Assembly (NCBI GenBank): GCA_015661075.1
Contig: JACVQJ010000011.1
Coordinates: 2,257-66,256, forward strand
Direction of reading: 5' to 3'
DNA from: Parachlamydiales bacterium
Lineage (GTDB): Bacteria; Chlamydiota; Chlamydiia; Chlamydiales; SM23-39
DNA length: 64,000 nucleotides
The notes under the pieces were generated by a model. It was not told the origin of the DNA and made no database searches. It saw only the letters and a program-made list of their open reading frames with translations. Every line of letters starts with the position of its first letter. The stretch's first letter is position 1. Positions 20,106-28,427 of this stretch are shown here, piece by piece. The position numbers were made by a program, and so were the translations under genes.

Positions 20106-20269
20106 GGGCTGTTTCGAAGATAAAACCCATCAAATCAGACGCTCATGTTTTTATTTTTCAAATTTCGAGTAATTTTCGATTTATAATGAATTGTCATCAC
20201 CTGACTTGTTTAGCTTGTCAAATTAAATTATTAATGTTTTTTGTCCCCTTCGAAACCATTTGGGAGCCC
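20106..20269. repeat. possible degenerate MITE-like element, copy H (164 bp)
   Basis: It starts with TTA|GGGCTG, like copy B. Its ends form an imperfect inverted repeat (GGGCT-GTTTCGAAG against CTTCGAAAC..GGGAGCCC). Its size matches copies A and D. No clear duplication at the right end. Confidence 0.3.
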
Positions 20270-20409
20270 ATGAGTATCGAATCATTTCGCCTCCTCATAG
20301 GTCTTTCTCTCTAATTATCTAAAAAACTACACCTGCACTGGGGAGCCTGTTGGAGTGCTCCCCGTTTAAACAGGGCCACCTGATCTGCTCCTAAGACATA
20401 GGAGTACGA

Positions 20410-20470
20410 CTAGCCTGACTTTACAAGTTAGCTGAAAAAAAAGTCCATTTCTCCTCGAGAAATGGACTTG
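20410..20470. terminator. left half of a split bidirectional terminator / 25-bp outer palindrome; the right half is at 22393-22423
   Basis: CTAGCCTGACTTTACAAGTTAGCTG-A8-[GTCCATTTCTC CTC GAGAAATGGAC]-TTG, then the intron, then T6-CAGCTAACTTGTAAAGTCAGGCTAG. It lies between convergent genes. Confidence 0.65.
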
Positions 20471-22392
20471 GTGCGACCGGTATGTCGCTAAACTAAAGGG
20501 TGAAAGTCCCTTACGGGCTCTAGTAAGGAGAACCGTTAGAGAAGGCAAGGGTGCCCACCGTGAGGTGGGATCTGAAGAAAGCCGTATACAAAATGCTGAC
20601 CTGACGAACAGGAAGCGCATACGAGGCAGAGATCCTAGGATAAGGAGGCCAGTGACTCCAAAGTCCGATACTTACTTGGAAGGATCAATGTAGATGCGAC
20701 AGGTTAGCAGGAAAGTGAAGCGAATTACCCGGTGAGAGCTGTATTCACGCATAATTACTACCCGACCAAAGAGGGGAACGTCATGCTAGCGGTGTCTCGG
20801 AGAGATGACGTGAACGGTACAGCAGTCAGCAGACGACATAGTAGGCATCGCAAGATGCTGAAGGTCCGAACATGAAAACGAAGGAGAGATCCAAAACCTC
20901 TATGGCAACAGAAAATCGCAGAAAAGAAGACATGTCTAAAGCAAAAACAGAAGAATCGAGGCAGAACTTCGTACCACTTCTGAATAGCGCGATGGTTGAC
21001 AAGGCGGAAATGGGGATATCTATCCTACCTAGCGGTCACGACGCCTATATCGCTACGATAGAAAGCGTAGTGGACGACTGTAATATGAAAAGAGCCGTTG
21101 CAAAAGTGAAAAGCAACAAAGGCGCTCCTGGCATAGACGGTGTTACCACCGAAGAAATCTCAGATGTCATGCTAAAGCAATGGCCTCAAATCAAACAGGC
21201 CATTCTTGACGGAAAATATTGCCCAAGCCCAGTAAGGCGGGTGGAAATACCGAAACCGGATGGGAGTGGGGTTCGACAATTGGGAATCCCAACGGTTATG
21301 GATCGGATTATCCAGCAAGCAATAAATCAAGAACTGACACCTGTATTCGATCCTATATTCTCGCAAAACAGTTACGGGTTTAGACCAAATCGAAGCGCTC
21401 ATCAGGCCGTGTTACAAGCTCAGAAATACATCCAAGAGGGATGTGAGTGGGTGGTAGATATCGACTTGGAAAAGTTTTTCGATAAAGTTAACCATGACAT
21501 GCTAATGGCGAGGGTAGCAAGACGGGTAAAGGACAAGAAAATCCTCCTTCTGATCAGGAAATTTCTGCAATCAGGGATTATGGATGATGGTCTTGTAAAA
21601 CCAACGGAAGAAGGCACTCCGCAAGGAGGGCCGCTTTCCCCTCTGCTATCCAACATCATGTTGGATGATTTTGACAGGAAGCTTAAGGAAAGAGGATTAC
21701 GATTTGCCAGATATGCGGATGACTGCAACATCTATGTAAAATCAGAGAAAGCAGGGCAGCGTGTAATGGAAAAAGTGGTGAACTATCTAACTAAAGAACT
21801 GAAACTCAAAGTTAACATGCAGAAAAGTGCAGTGGATAATCCATGGAAACGAAAGTTTCTTGGATTCACCTTCACAAGGGGAAAAGAGCCGAATCGAATT
21901 GCAGTCCACGAAAGCAGGGTCAAGCGGTTGAAAGATAAAATAAGAGGACTCACCAAGAGGATGAGAGGCGATAATCTAACGGATAGCATCCAAAAGATGC
22001 TTATGCCAATCATCAGAGGGTGGGCCAATTATTTTGGATTAGCCGAGGCTCGAAGCGTTTTCGCGAATTTGGACGGGTGGATTAGACGCAAGATGAGGGA
22101 TATCCTTTGGCGACAATGGAAGAAAGCCCGAACTCGATGCAAGCGACTAATAGCACTCGGACTGAAAGAAAACAGTGCCAAAAAGACAGCGTACAGCGGG
22201 AAAGGGCCATGGAGAATGGCCAAGACGCCAGGTATGCATAAGGCACTGTCAAACGCAGTGATTGAAGCGATGGGGTACGTTTCTATGGCAGACATAGTAC
22301 GAGCTAGGTCACAGTAATCATGAACCGCCGTATACGGTTCCGTACGTACGGTGGTGTGGAAGGGCGGGAGCGTTAGCTCCCCCCTATCCGAT
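20471..22392 (+). mobile_element. group II intron, bacterial class C-like
   Basis: 5' GTGCG at 20471, directly after a terminator hairpin. Domain V-like helix CCGCCGTATAC..GTACGTACGGTGG carries a CGC triad. A domain VI hairpin with a bulged A follows. It contains an internal RT/maturase ORF. The 3' end is approximate to within a few nt. Confidence 0.8.
20872..22317 (+). CDS. group II intron reverse transcriptase/maturase (no endonuclease domain)
   Basis: RT motifs GIPTVMDRIIQQA, SYGFRPNRSAHQA, DIDLEKFFDKVNH, GTPQGGPLSPLLSN and RYADDCNIYV. Maturase X motif RGWANYF. No HNH C-terminus. Confidence 0.9.
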   Translation: MKTKERSKTSMATENRRKEDMSKAKTEESRQNFVPLLNSAMVDKAEMGISILPSGHDAYIATIESVVDDCNMKRAVAKVKSNKGAPGIDGVTTEEISDVMLKQWPQIKQAILDGKYCPSPVRRVEIPKPDGSGVRQLGIPTVMDRIIQQAINQELTPVFDPIFSQNSYGFRPNRSAHQAVLQAQKYIQEGCEWVVDIDLEKFFDKVNHDMLMARVARRVKDKKILLLIRKFLQSGIMDDGLVKPTEEGTPQGGPLSPLLSNIMLDDFDRKLKERGLRFARYADDCNIYVKSEKAGQRVMEKVVNYLTKELKLKVNMQKSAVDNPWKRKFLGFTFTRGKEPNRIAVHESRVKRLKDKIRGLTKRMRGDNLTDSIQKMLMPIIRGWANYFGLAEARSVFANLDGWIRRKMRDILWRQWKKARTRCKRLIALGLKENSAKKTAYSGKGPWRMAKTPGMHKALSNAVIEAMGYVSMADIVRARSQ

Positions 22393-22430
22393 TTTTTTCA
22401 GCTAACTTGTAAAGTCAGGCTAGGCATTGA

Positions 22431-22835
22431 CTACTTCAAGCCGTTATGCTTGTCAGACCATGCCGGATCGTATTTGAAGATCCGGCCATCGATTTCGATC
22501 TTGCGATAGACCCATTCTTCATCGTTCTCTCGCAATAGCCGGTCGCACCCCATCAAATAGCCCTTGAGAAAGCCGTAGCGCTGCATCGCGAGCTGCATGT
22601 AGCGCGACGATGTAGGCCGGAAATGGCTGCGCGGTCCGTCGACTTGTGTGATGACGTTTTGATGAAAACGGATGATCGCATCGGCGATCTTGACACCGAT
22701 GCCCGGTTTTGATACGGGCGAATGGGTTTTGGGAGTGGCGAGATCGCTGTCTTTCCCCCAAGGCTCCTGAAAGGGCTCTTTTGCGATGATCAGCAGGGGA
22801 ATAAATATTGCTAAAATAGTGATTCTAAAAAGCAT
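22431..22835 (-). CDS. secreted YidD-like domain protein lacking the conserved cysteines
   Basis: N-terminal signal-like helix. IIRFHQNVITQVDGPRSHFRPTSSRYMQLAMQRYGFLKGYLMGCDRLLREN aligns by eye with the YidD core (YQxxISPxxGxxCRFxPTCSxY...G), but every conserved Cys is replaced. Confidence 0.5.
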   Translation of the reverse strand: MLFRITILAIFIPLLIIAKEPFQEPWGKDSDLATPKTHSPVSKPGIGVKIADAIIRFHQNVITQVDGPRSHFRPTSSRYMQLAMQRYGFLKGYLMGCDRLLRENDEEWVYRKIEIDGRIFKYDPAWSDKHNGLK

Positions 22836-23772
22836 AGCGCATCATCAGGACAGGAAATAAATTGTGTTCATTGAGCGTGCGGGCGGCGTTTTTTTCGTAG
22901 GCCCTTTCATTGTAGTATTTGGCCTCTTCGCCTGCGCCGTAAATGCCGCCGAAGTACCAGCCGGCTTCAAAGCTGGTCGTGATGATGCCGGCCGCCAAAT
23001 AGTTGTGATGGAAAAATTCATAGGCCGCGGCGATGAAAAGGCCGTTGAGCAAAAAAGCGGTCAGGGCCGATTTTTTCTGCCCCAAATAGAGATAGCCGGC
23101 ACCAGGCATGAGAGCGTTCAGGGTCTGCGCCGTTCGGACGGATTTTTTTTCCGCTTCGTATGATTGGAGCATGGGATCGAGATAGGAGGGATGAGGCAGA
23201 TCCTGATTGATTTGTTGGATCTGATCCAGATTGCCCGAGGTGAGAGCTCGTGAGACGTTCATCTTTTCAGCCGTCTCGGGAAAGTCCTTCTGGATCATCT
23301 CAAAGACGCAATCCTCTTTTTCCGTACAGTTCATCTTGTGGTAGCATTCGTAGAGAATGAGCAGCAGATCGTGGTAGGCAGGAAAGGTCTTGTCGACATG
23401 GGCGAGCGCGCTCTTGTTCACCATGTCTACCGCATCGTCATAATGCTGGCCCAGATAATAGCAGAGCAAAATGTCGTACTGGATCTCGGTTTTACGCCCG
23501 GGATCTTTGTTTCCAATCAGGATTTCGGCGCGCTTATAGGTCGATACGGCGCGGTACAGATCCAGATCTTTGGCAAAGAAAAGGGCGATGCGCATTTCCC
23601 GGCCCCAGTCGGCCATCTCTTCGTCCTCGCTGAGCGGGGCAAAAGGGGAGTGGAGGCGTGAAAAATGTAGTTCTTGAATCGGGTCGTTGATCCGCGGCTC
23701 AATCTTGTCGGAAACACGGTAGCAGCTGGCCAAAAAGAGGCAAGCGATCAAAAAAGACTTCCATTGAATCAT
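22825..23772 (-). CDS. TPR-like lipoprotein with C-terminal membrane helices
   Basis: Lipobox LFLASC at the N-terminus. The central region is helical and repeat-like. The C-terminus GAGYLYLGQKKSALTAFLLNGLFIAAAYEFF..GGIYGAG is hydrophobic. Its start overlaps the sctC stop by 1 nt (TGATG). Confidence 0.55.
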   Translation of the reverse strand: MIQWKSFLIACLFLASCYRVSDKIEPRINDPIQELHFSRLHSPFAPLSEDEEMADWGREMRIALFFAKDLDLYRAVSTYKRAEILIGNKDPGRKTEIQYDILLCYYLGQHYDDAVDMVNKSALAHVDKTFPAYHDLLLILYECYHKMNCTEKEDCVFEMIQKDFPETAEKMNVSRALTSGNLDQIQQINQDLPHPSYLDPMLQSYEAEKKSVRTAQTLNALMPGAGYLYLGQKKSALTAFLLNGLFIAAAYEFFHHNYLAAGIITTSFEAGWYFGGIYGAGEEAKYYNERAYEKNAARTLNEHNLFPVLMMRYAF

Positions 23773-26700
23773 CAGTCATCTTCGGGCGATTTGATATATT
23801 CCATCGCTTCATCAAAATTATGCTCGAGAGCCGGAGTGCCCGCCTGATTGCGGAAGAATTCTTCCTGGTCGGAGCTGAGTTTCTTCATATCTTCCAGTGA
23901 ATTAATGATGGTGGGCCGCAGGAAGATGACGACATTGTGGCCGACGCTGCTGTCGTTGTTGGTCGAAAAAGCAGACCCGATGATGGGTATGCCGCCGAGG
24001 CACGGAATACCTGTTTTCACGCGTCGGTTTGAGTTGTTGACCATCCCGCTCAAAATCAAAAAGTTTTTGTTCGGAACATGAACCGTTGTATTCATTGTGG
24101 TTCGGCTCGTGGTGATCCCTTGTGCCTGACCCGTCCCGAAAGTGATCGTTGATCCGGTCGAATCTGTGGTCTGCTGCGAGTTGTCCAGGCTGATATCGAG
24201 CGTAATGATATCCGAGTTGCCGAGAACCGGGGTGATCGATAGGTTCATGCCGATATCGCGGTATTCGAGGTTGGCCGTCGTCAGGGTGTTCGATGTCTGG
24301 TTGGAGACGAACGATCCGGCAAACGGGACGTTAGACCCCGAGAAAATTGTCGCTGTCTTACTGTCCTGGGCGATGATCTTGGGCGTCATGACGATGGTCG
24401 TTTCAGTGTCTTGCTGCAGTGCGTTTAGAAGCGATCCGAGAGAAATAAAGGACTGGCCGTTGTGCTTGATGATGTCCCCAATCACGCCCAGATTGAAGTC
24501 GGGAGCGAAGGGAGTATCGGTCGGCACCGGCGTTCGGGTCGCTGTAATCGCCTGCAGATTGGATTGAAAACTACCCGCTGACGGATAAGGTGAAACCGCA
24601 GAGGGTTGGAAATTGTTAAAACTGCCGGACACCTTGTCTTTGTATTTGACCTTGCCGCCCCATTCGAGGCCGAACGTGAGCGCGTTGGTCAGGGAGGTGT
24701 CGATGACGAGCACTTCGATGAAGACCTGCTTGAGCGGAATATCAAGATTTTTGATCAGCTCCTTGAGGCGGGTCAGCGTTTCCTGATCGCCCGAGCAGAG
24801 CAGAGAGTTGGTCACTTCCAGCCATTGAATCGAATTGATCGAATTGAGCAGGCCCTGGTTCACGGGTGCATTCGTCAGGATCAGGTCTTTGGCGATCTGC
24901 CGCAGCGCTCCCTGGATTTCATCGCCTTTATGGAACTCGAGCTTGTAGACCAAAAAGCTGGTATTATCGATCGCCTGGATCGTCGGTTCGTTTTTTGCGC
25001 CTTCGGGGAGATTGGCGGGGATGTCGAAGTCTCTGAGTATCTGTTTGATGCGATCGAGTGATTTGGCGTCGCCCGTAAAGACCAGCGTTTGGGTTTTATC
25101 GTTGTATTTCATCGTCTGCAAGGTGATGAACAGGCCCGGATCGTTGAGTCCGCTCACCTGTAAATTCTCGCCGAAGTCGCGCAGCGTGTTTTCGAGATCG
25201 AGGCCTGTAAGAGATTGGGGTTTGTAGACGAAGAATTCGGTGGGGCCTGCACTCGTATCGATTTTGATTGGCGCAGGAGCTGCCAGGCTCGAGACGTCGA
25301 ATTTATCGACGAGCGCTTGCACTTTTGCGAGGGACTCTTCAGAGCCGGTAAACATCAAAGAGTTGGTCTCTTTGACAAATTTCAGACTGCTGAGCGTTGT
25401 TAAAAATTCCGTATCGGTCGAGCCGGTTTTTTTTAAATCCTGGGCGATCGTTTTTAGGGAAGCGGTGATTTGCGGACCGCTGGCGCTTTTTAGTTTGTAG
25501 AGCCAGAATGTCGTTTTGCCCACTTGGATGGGGGCTTGCGGGGCGGCAAAGTCGATTTCTTTGATGAGGAGCTGGATTTTAGAGATCGAATCCGGAGTGC
25601 CGGTAAATACAAACGTCTTGGTAGTATCGACGTATTTCATCGACGAGATGGTCGCGAGCAGATTTGGGTCGGACAGGTCGGCTTTTTGCAGACTCGATCC
25701 GATGTCCTTGAGTGATTTTTCGATTTTTGCCGGTGCGACGTGGAGCGGCTTGTACATGAAGAAGGTGCTGTTTTCTAGCCCCATCGTGCCGGGAGAGTCG
25801 TATTTGGCGATCATTGCTTTGGCTTCTTCGATGGCGGCGCTGTCACCGGTCAAAAGAAGCGAGTTGGTCTCCTTGACATAGCGCATATTTTCGATGACCT
25901 TGACGATCGAAGAGTCTTTCATGCCCGTCGCTAACATATTCTTGAGCATGTTCTCCAGATCTTCTTCGACTCTCTCGCCATCCGGATTTTGCAGCTTGTA
26001 GATGAAGTAGCCGGATTTGGATGTTTTTTGATCGGGAATATCGAATGACTGCACCAGATCTTTGATCCGGTCCAGGCTGCTTTGCGCGCCGGAAAACATA
26101 TACGAATGGGACGGCTCGATCCATTTCATGGAATGGATGGCGTCGATGAGATCGGAGTCGTTGGATTTGTTGAGATGATCCGCCAGCTGGCTGAGATAGC
26201 TCTCTGTACTTTCGCGGGAAGCATAGTTCAGTTTAGCCAGGTAAAAGCCTTTTTCCGAACCGGGCTTGGGGATCGATGTCGTCATGTCGATCGTTGCGAT
26301 CAGATCATCGATTTTTTTCAACGAAACAGGATCCCCCGTGAAGAGCAAAGTGTTCGTGTCTTTAACCCACTTGATGCTCGCAAGAGCGTGCAGCAGAGCC
26401 GGATCGACCAGGCTGGTCTTTAGGCTGTCAGAAGTTTCCTTCAAAGACCGGACAATCAGCTCGCCCTTGATATGCTTGGGTTTATAGGCTAAAAACTGGG
26501 TGCTCGGAGGAACCGATTGCTGGCCAACGCCGGCGTCGAATTGCGGAAGGAACTCCTGCAGTCTTTTGAGCGCTTCGTCCGTACCGACGAACATCATCGA
26601 GTTCGTCTCTTTGATATACTTAAGGGAATAGATCGCATTGACAATCCCCTCTTCGGGAAGGCCTGAATGTTCGAGGCTCTTGGCGAAGGATTTCAGGGAG

Positions 26701-28118
26701 GATTCCATCTGGTCGTAGCTGGCCGATTGCAGTTTATAGACGATGAAACCGGATTTGGGCGGCAGCTTTGGCCCCTTCGTAGATGGCGTATCGATGGTCG
26801 CGAGCAGATCCTTGATCTTGGAAAAATTGACTGAGTCGCCGGTGTAGAGAATTGTATGGGTGAGGGGATTGGCTTTTTGCGAGCGGATCGTAGCGATGAG
26901 CGTTTCGTCGGCGCTTTTCGACTTGCTGAGGTTGTCTGCGACCTCCTGCATGGATTTTTGGATTTCTTCCATGCTGCGGTTAACGGGCTTGTAGACGAAA
27001 AATGAAGCTTTGCCCTCATTCGGGAGTCCGCCGATATCGAGGGAAGTGATGAATTCCCTGATTTTGACGTTCGATTCGGGAGAGCCGACGAACATCAGCG
27101 AATTGGTTTCCTGGATCCATTTGGCGCTATCGATCGTTTCGATAAGATCGCTTTCCATGACCCCGTTTTCTTGGAGGTTGGTCGAGATGTCCTTTAAAGA
27201 TTTGAGAATTTCGTGGCCGGATCGATGTTCGAGTTTGACGACAAAAATATTTTCCGACCGCATCTTCCGCTCATTTAATACCGATCTTTTCGGCGGCGTA
27301 TCGAGGCTGGTCAGTACGGCGACGGCTTTTTCATTGAGTTCGGGCGTCGATACGATGAAAATCGCGTTGGCCAACGATTGGGGGACTAAAATAAACGGGT
27401 TGCCCTGCGCAATCGGGTTCATGATCTGGGCAGCCAGCTCGATCAGATATTCGGGTTTGTTAAATTTCGTTTCAAAATTTTTGATTTCGAGCGATGTGTG
27501 GGGCGAGTCGAGGTTTTCGATCAGGGCGGCGATTTTTTCGACGACCATCGTCGCATCAGTCAGAATCAATTGGCGCGTATCGCGCGAAACTTCGATGAGG
27601 GCCTCATCCGAGATCATTGGGCGGACGATCGCCGCCACGGAATCGACATTCGCGTTCTTTAATCGAAATACGCGCGTGACGATCGGCGTATTCGCTGCCG
27701 CTTTTTCGTCTCCGAAAACGAGTGTGGCGGGCTGGCGGACGGTGCCGCTCTTGTGGATGACGAGGTTATTTCCCTGCTCGAGCAGCATGAGTCCGTGGAT
27801 GCGCAGCATCTGGATTAGGGTCGCCATCACATTTTCCGACGTAATCGGCGCATCTGATACGACGGTTACGGTGAAAGGTAGATCGCTTTCGGTAAAAATA
27901 AAATTCGTGTTGCAGATTTTGCTCGCAAATTTGATGTATTCAACGATCGAGACGGTGTTGTAATTGATCGTGTAGCCGTCTTTCGCGCTCAATTCAGCCG
28001 CATGAGGTTTTGCCGCGTCATCGGCAAAAAGCCTCAATGGGGATAGTGAAACGGTTCCAATGATGATCAATGGAATCAAGAAGGATTTAGACAACCAATT
28101 TGTGTGTTCGTTCATCAT
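23772..28118 (-). CDS. sctC: T3SS outer-membrane secretin SctC (CdsC) with an expanded N-domain array
   Basis: Signal peptide, then an N0-like domain, then many ring-building-motif repeats. The secretin C-domain follows: VFIEVLVIDTS..., IVMTPKIIAQDS, GIPCLGGIPIIGSAF, VIFLRPTII. Total length 1448 aa. Confidence 0.9.
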   Translation of the reverse strand: MMNEHTNWLSKSFLIPLIIIGTVSLSPLRLFADDAAKPHAAELSAKDGYTINYNTVSIVEYIKFASKICNTNFIFTESDLPFTVTVVSDAPITSENVMATLIQMLRIHGLMLLEQGNNLVIHKSGTVRQPATLVFGDEKAAANTPIVTRVFRLKNANVDSVAAIVRPMISDEALIEVSRDTRQLILTDATMVVEKIAALIENLDSPHTSLEIKNFETKFNKPEYLIELAAQIMNPIAQGNPFILVPQSLANAIFIVSTPELNEKAVAVLTSLDTPPKRSVLNERKMRSENIFVVKLEHRSGHEILKSLKDISTNLQENGVMESDLIETIDSAKWIQETNSLMFVGSPESNVKIREFITSLDIGGLPNEGKASFFVYKPVNRSMEEIQKSMQEVADNLSKSKSADETLIATIRSQKANPLTHTILYTGDSVNFSKIKDLLATIDTPSTKGPKLPPKSGFIVYKLQSASYDQMESSLKSFAKSLEHSGLPEEGIVNAIYSLKYIKETNSMMFVGTDEALKRLQEFLPQFDAGVGQQSVPPSTQFLAYKPKHIKGELIVRSLKETSDSLKTSLVDPALLHALASIKWVKDTNTLLFTGDPVSLKKIDDLIATIDMTTSIPKPGSEKGFYLAKLNYASRESTESYLSQLADHLNKSNDSDLIDAIHSMKWIEPSHSYMFSGAQSSLDRIKDLVQSFDIPDQKTSKSGYFIYKLQNPDGERVEEDLENMLKNMLATGMKDSSIVKVIENMRYVKETNSLLLTGDSAAIEEAKAMIAKYDSPGTMGLENSTFFMYKPLHVAPAKIEKSLKDIGSSLQKADLSDPNLLATISSMKYVDTTKTFVFTGTPDSISKIQLLIKEIDFAAPQAPIQVGKTTFWLYKLKSASGPQITASLKTIAQDLKKTGSTDTEFLTTLSSLKFVKETNSLMFTGSEESLAKVQALVDKFDVSSLAAPAPIKIDTSAGPTEFFVYKPQSLTGLDLENTLRDFGENLQVSGLNDPGLFITLQTMKYNDKTQTLVFTGDAKSLDRIKQILRDFDIPANLPEGAKNEPTIQAIDNTSFLVYKLEFHKGDEIQGALRQIAKDLILTNAPVNQGLLNSINSIQWLEVTNSLLCSGDQETLTRLKELIKNLDIPLKQVFIEVLVIDTSLTNALTFGLEWGGKVKYKDKVSGSFNNFQPSAVSPYPSAGSFQSNLQAITATRTPVPTDTPFAPDFNLGVIGDIIKHNGQSFISLGSLLNALQQDTETTIVMTPKIIAQDSKTATIFSGSNVPFAGSFVSNQTSNTLTTANLEYRDIGMNLSITPVLGNSDIITLDISLDNSQQTTDSTGSTITFGTGQAQGITTSRTTMNTTVHVPNKNFLILSGMVNNSNRRVKTGIPCLGGIPIIGSAFSTNNDSSVGHNVVIFLRPTIINSLEDMKKLSSDQEEFFRNQAGTPALEHNFDEAMEYIKSPEDD

Positions 28119-28283
28119 GAAGTGTGCAGCGTGCCTATCTGAATCGTAAAATACCCCGTCAATAAATGCAAATGCGACAGCAGCGGTGGGCGATATTTTT
28201 TCGAAAATGTTTCAAGATAAATTTTTACCACAGAGTGAAGTTATTTAAGTCTAGTTCGCGAAAATGGCGAGCAGGTATGCTGC

Positions 28284-28376
28284 AAAATTTTCACCACAGA
28301 GATCGAAACCACAGAGAAAAAATATTTTATTTAAATAACTTCTCTCTGTGGTTTCGATCTCTGTGGTGAAAATTTT
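28284..28376. repeat. perfect 34-bp inverted repeat (hairpin) in the sctQ-sctC spacer
   Basis: AAAATTTTCACCACAGAGATCGAAACCACAGAGA at 28284-28317 is the exact reverse complement of 28343-28376, with a 25-nt AT-rich loop. A partial third copy, TTACCACAGAGTGAAG, lies at about 28226-28241. Confidence 0.85.
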
Positions 28377-28427
28377 TCGTAGCAATGCCTATCGACGTTT
28401 CGTCGACTTTCCCCTCTGCGGTGGTTT

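Noticed and set aside
20366-20620. 84-aa minus-strand ORF overlapping the intron 5' end.
   Set aside because: It spans the terminator palindrome and intron domain I. It has no RBS or recognisable motif and is best explained as a chance ORF.
28226-28376. Repeated CCACAGAG-containing units in the sctQ-sctC spacer, considered as a possible mini CRISPR array.
   Set aside because: There are only two full units. They are inverted, not direct, and have no unique spacers of regular length. There are no cas genes in the window.
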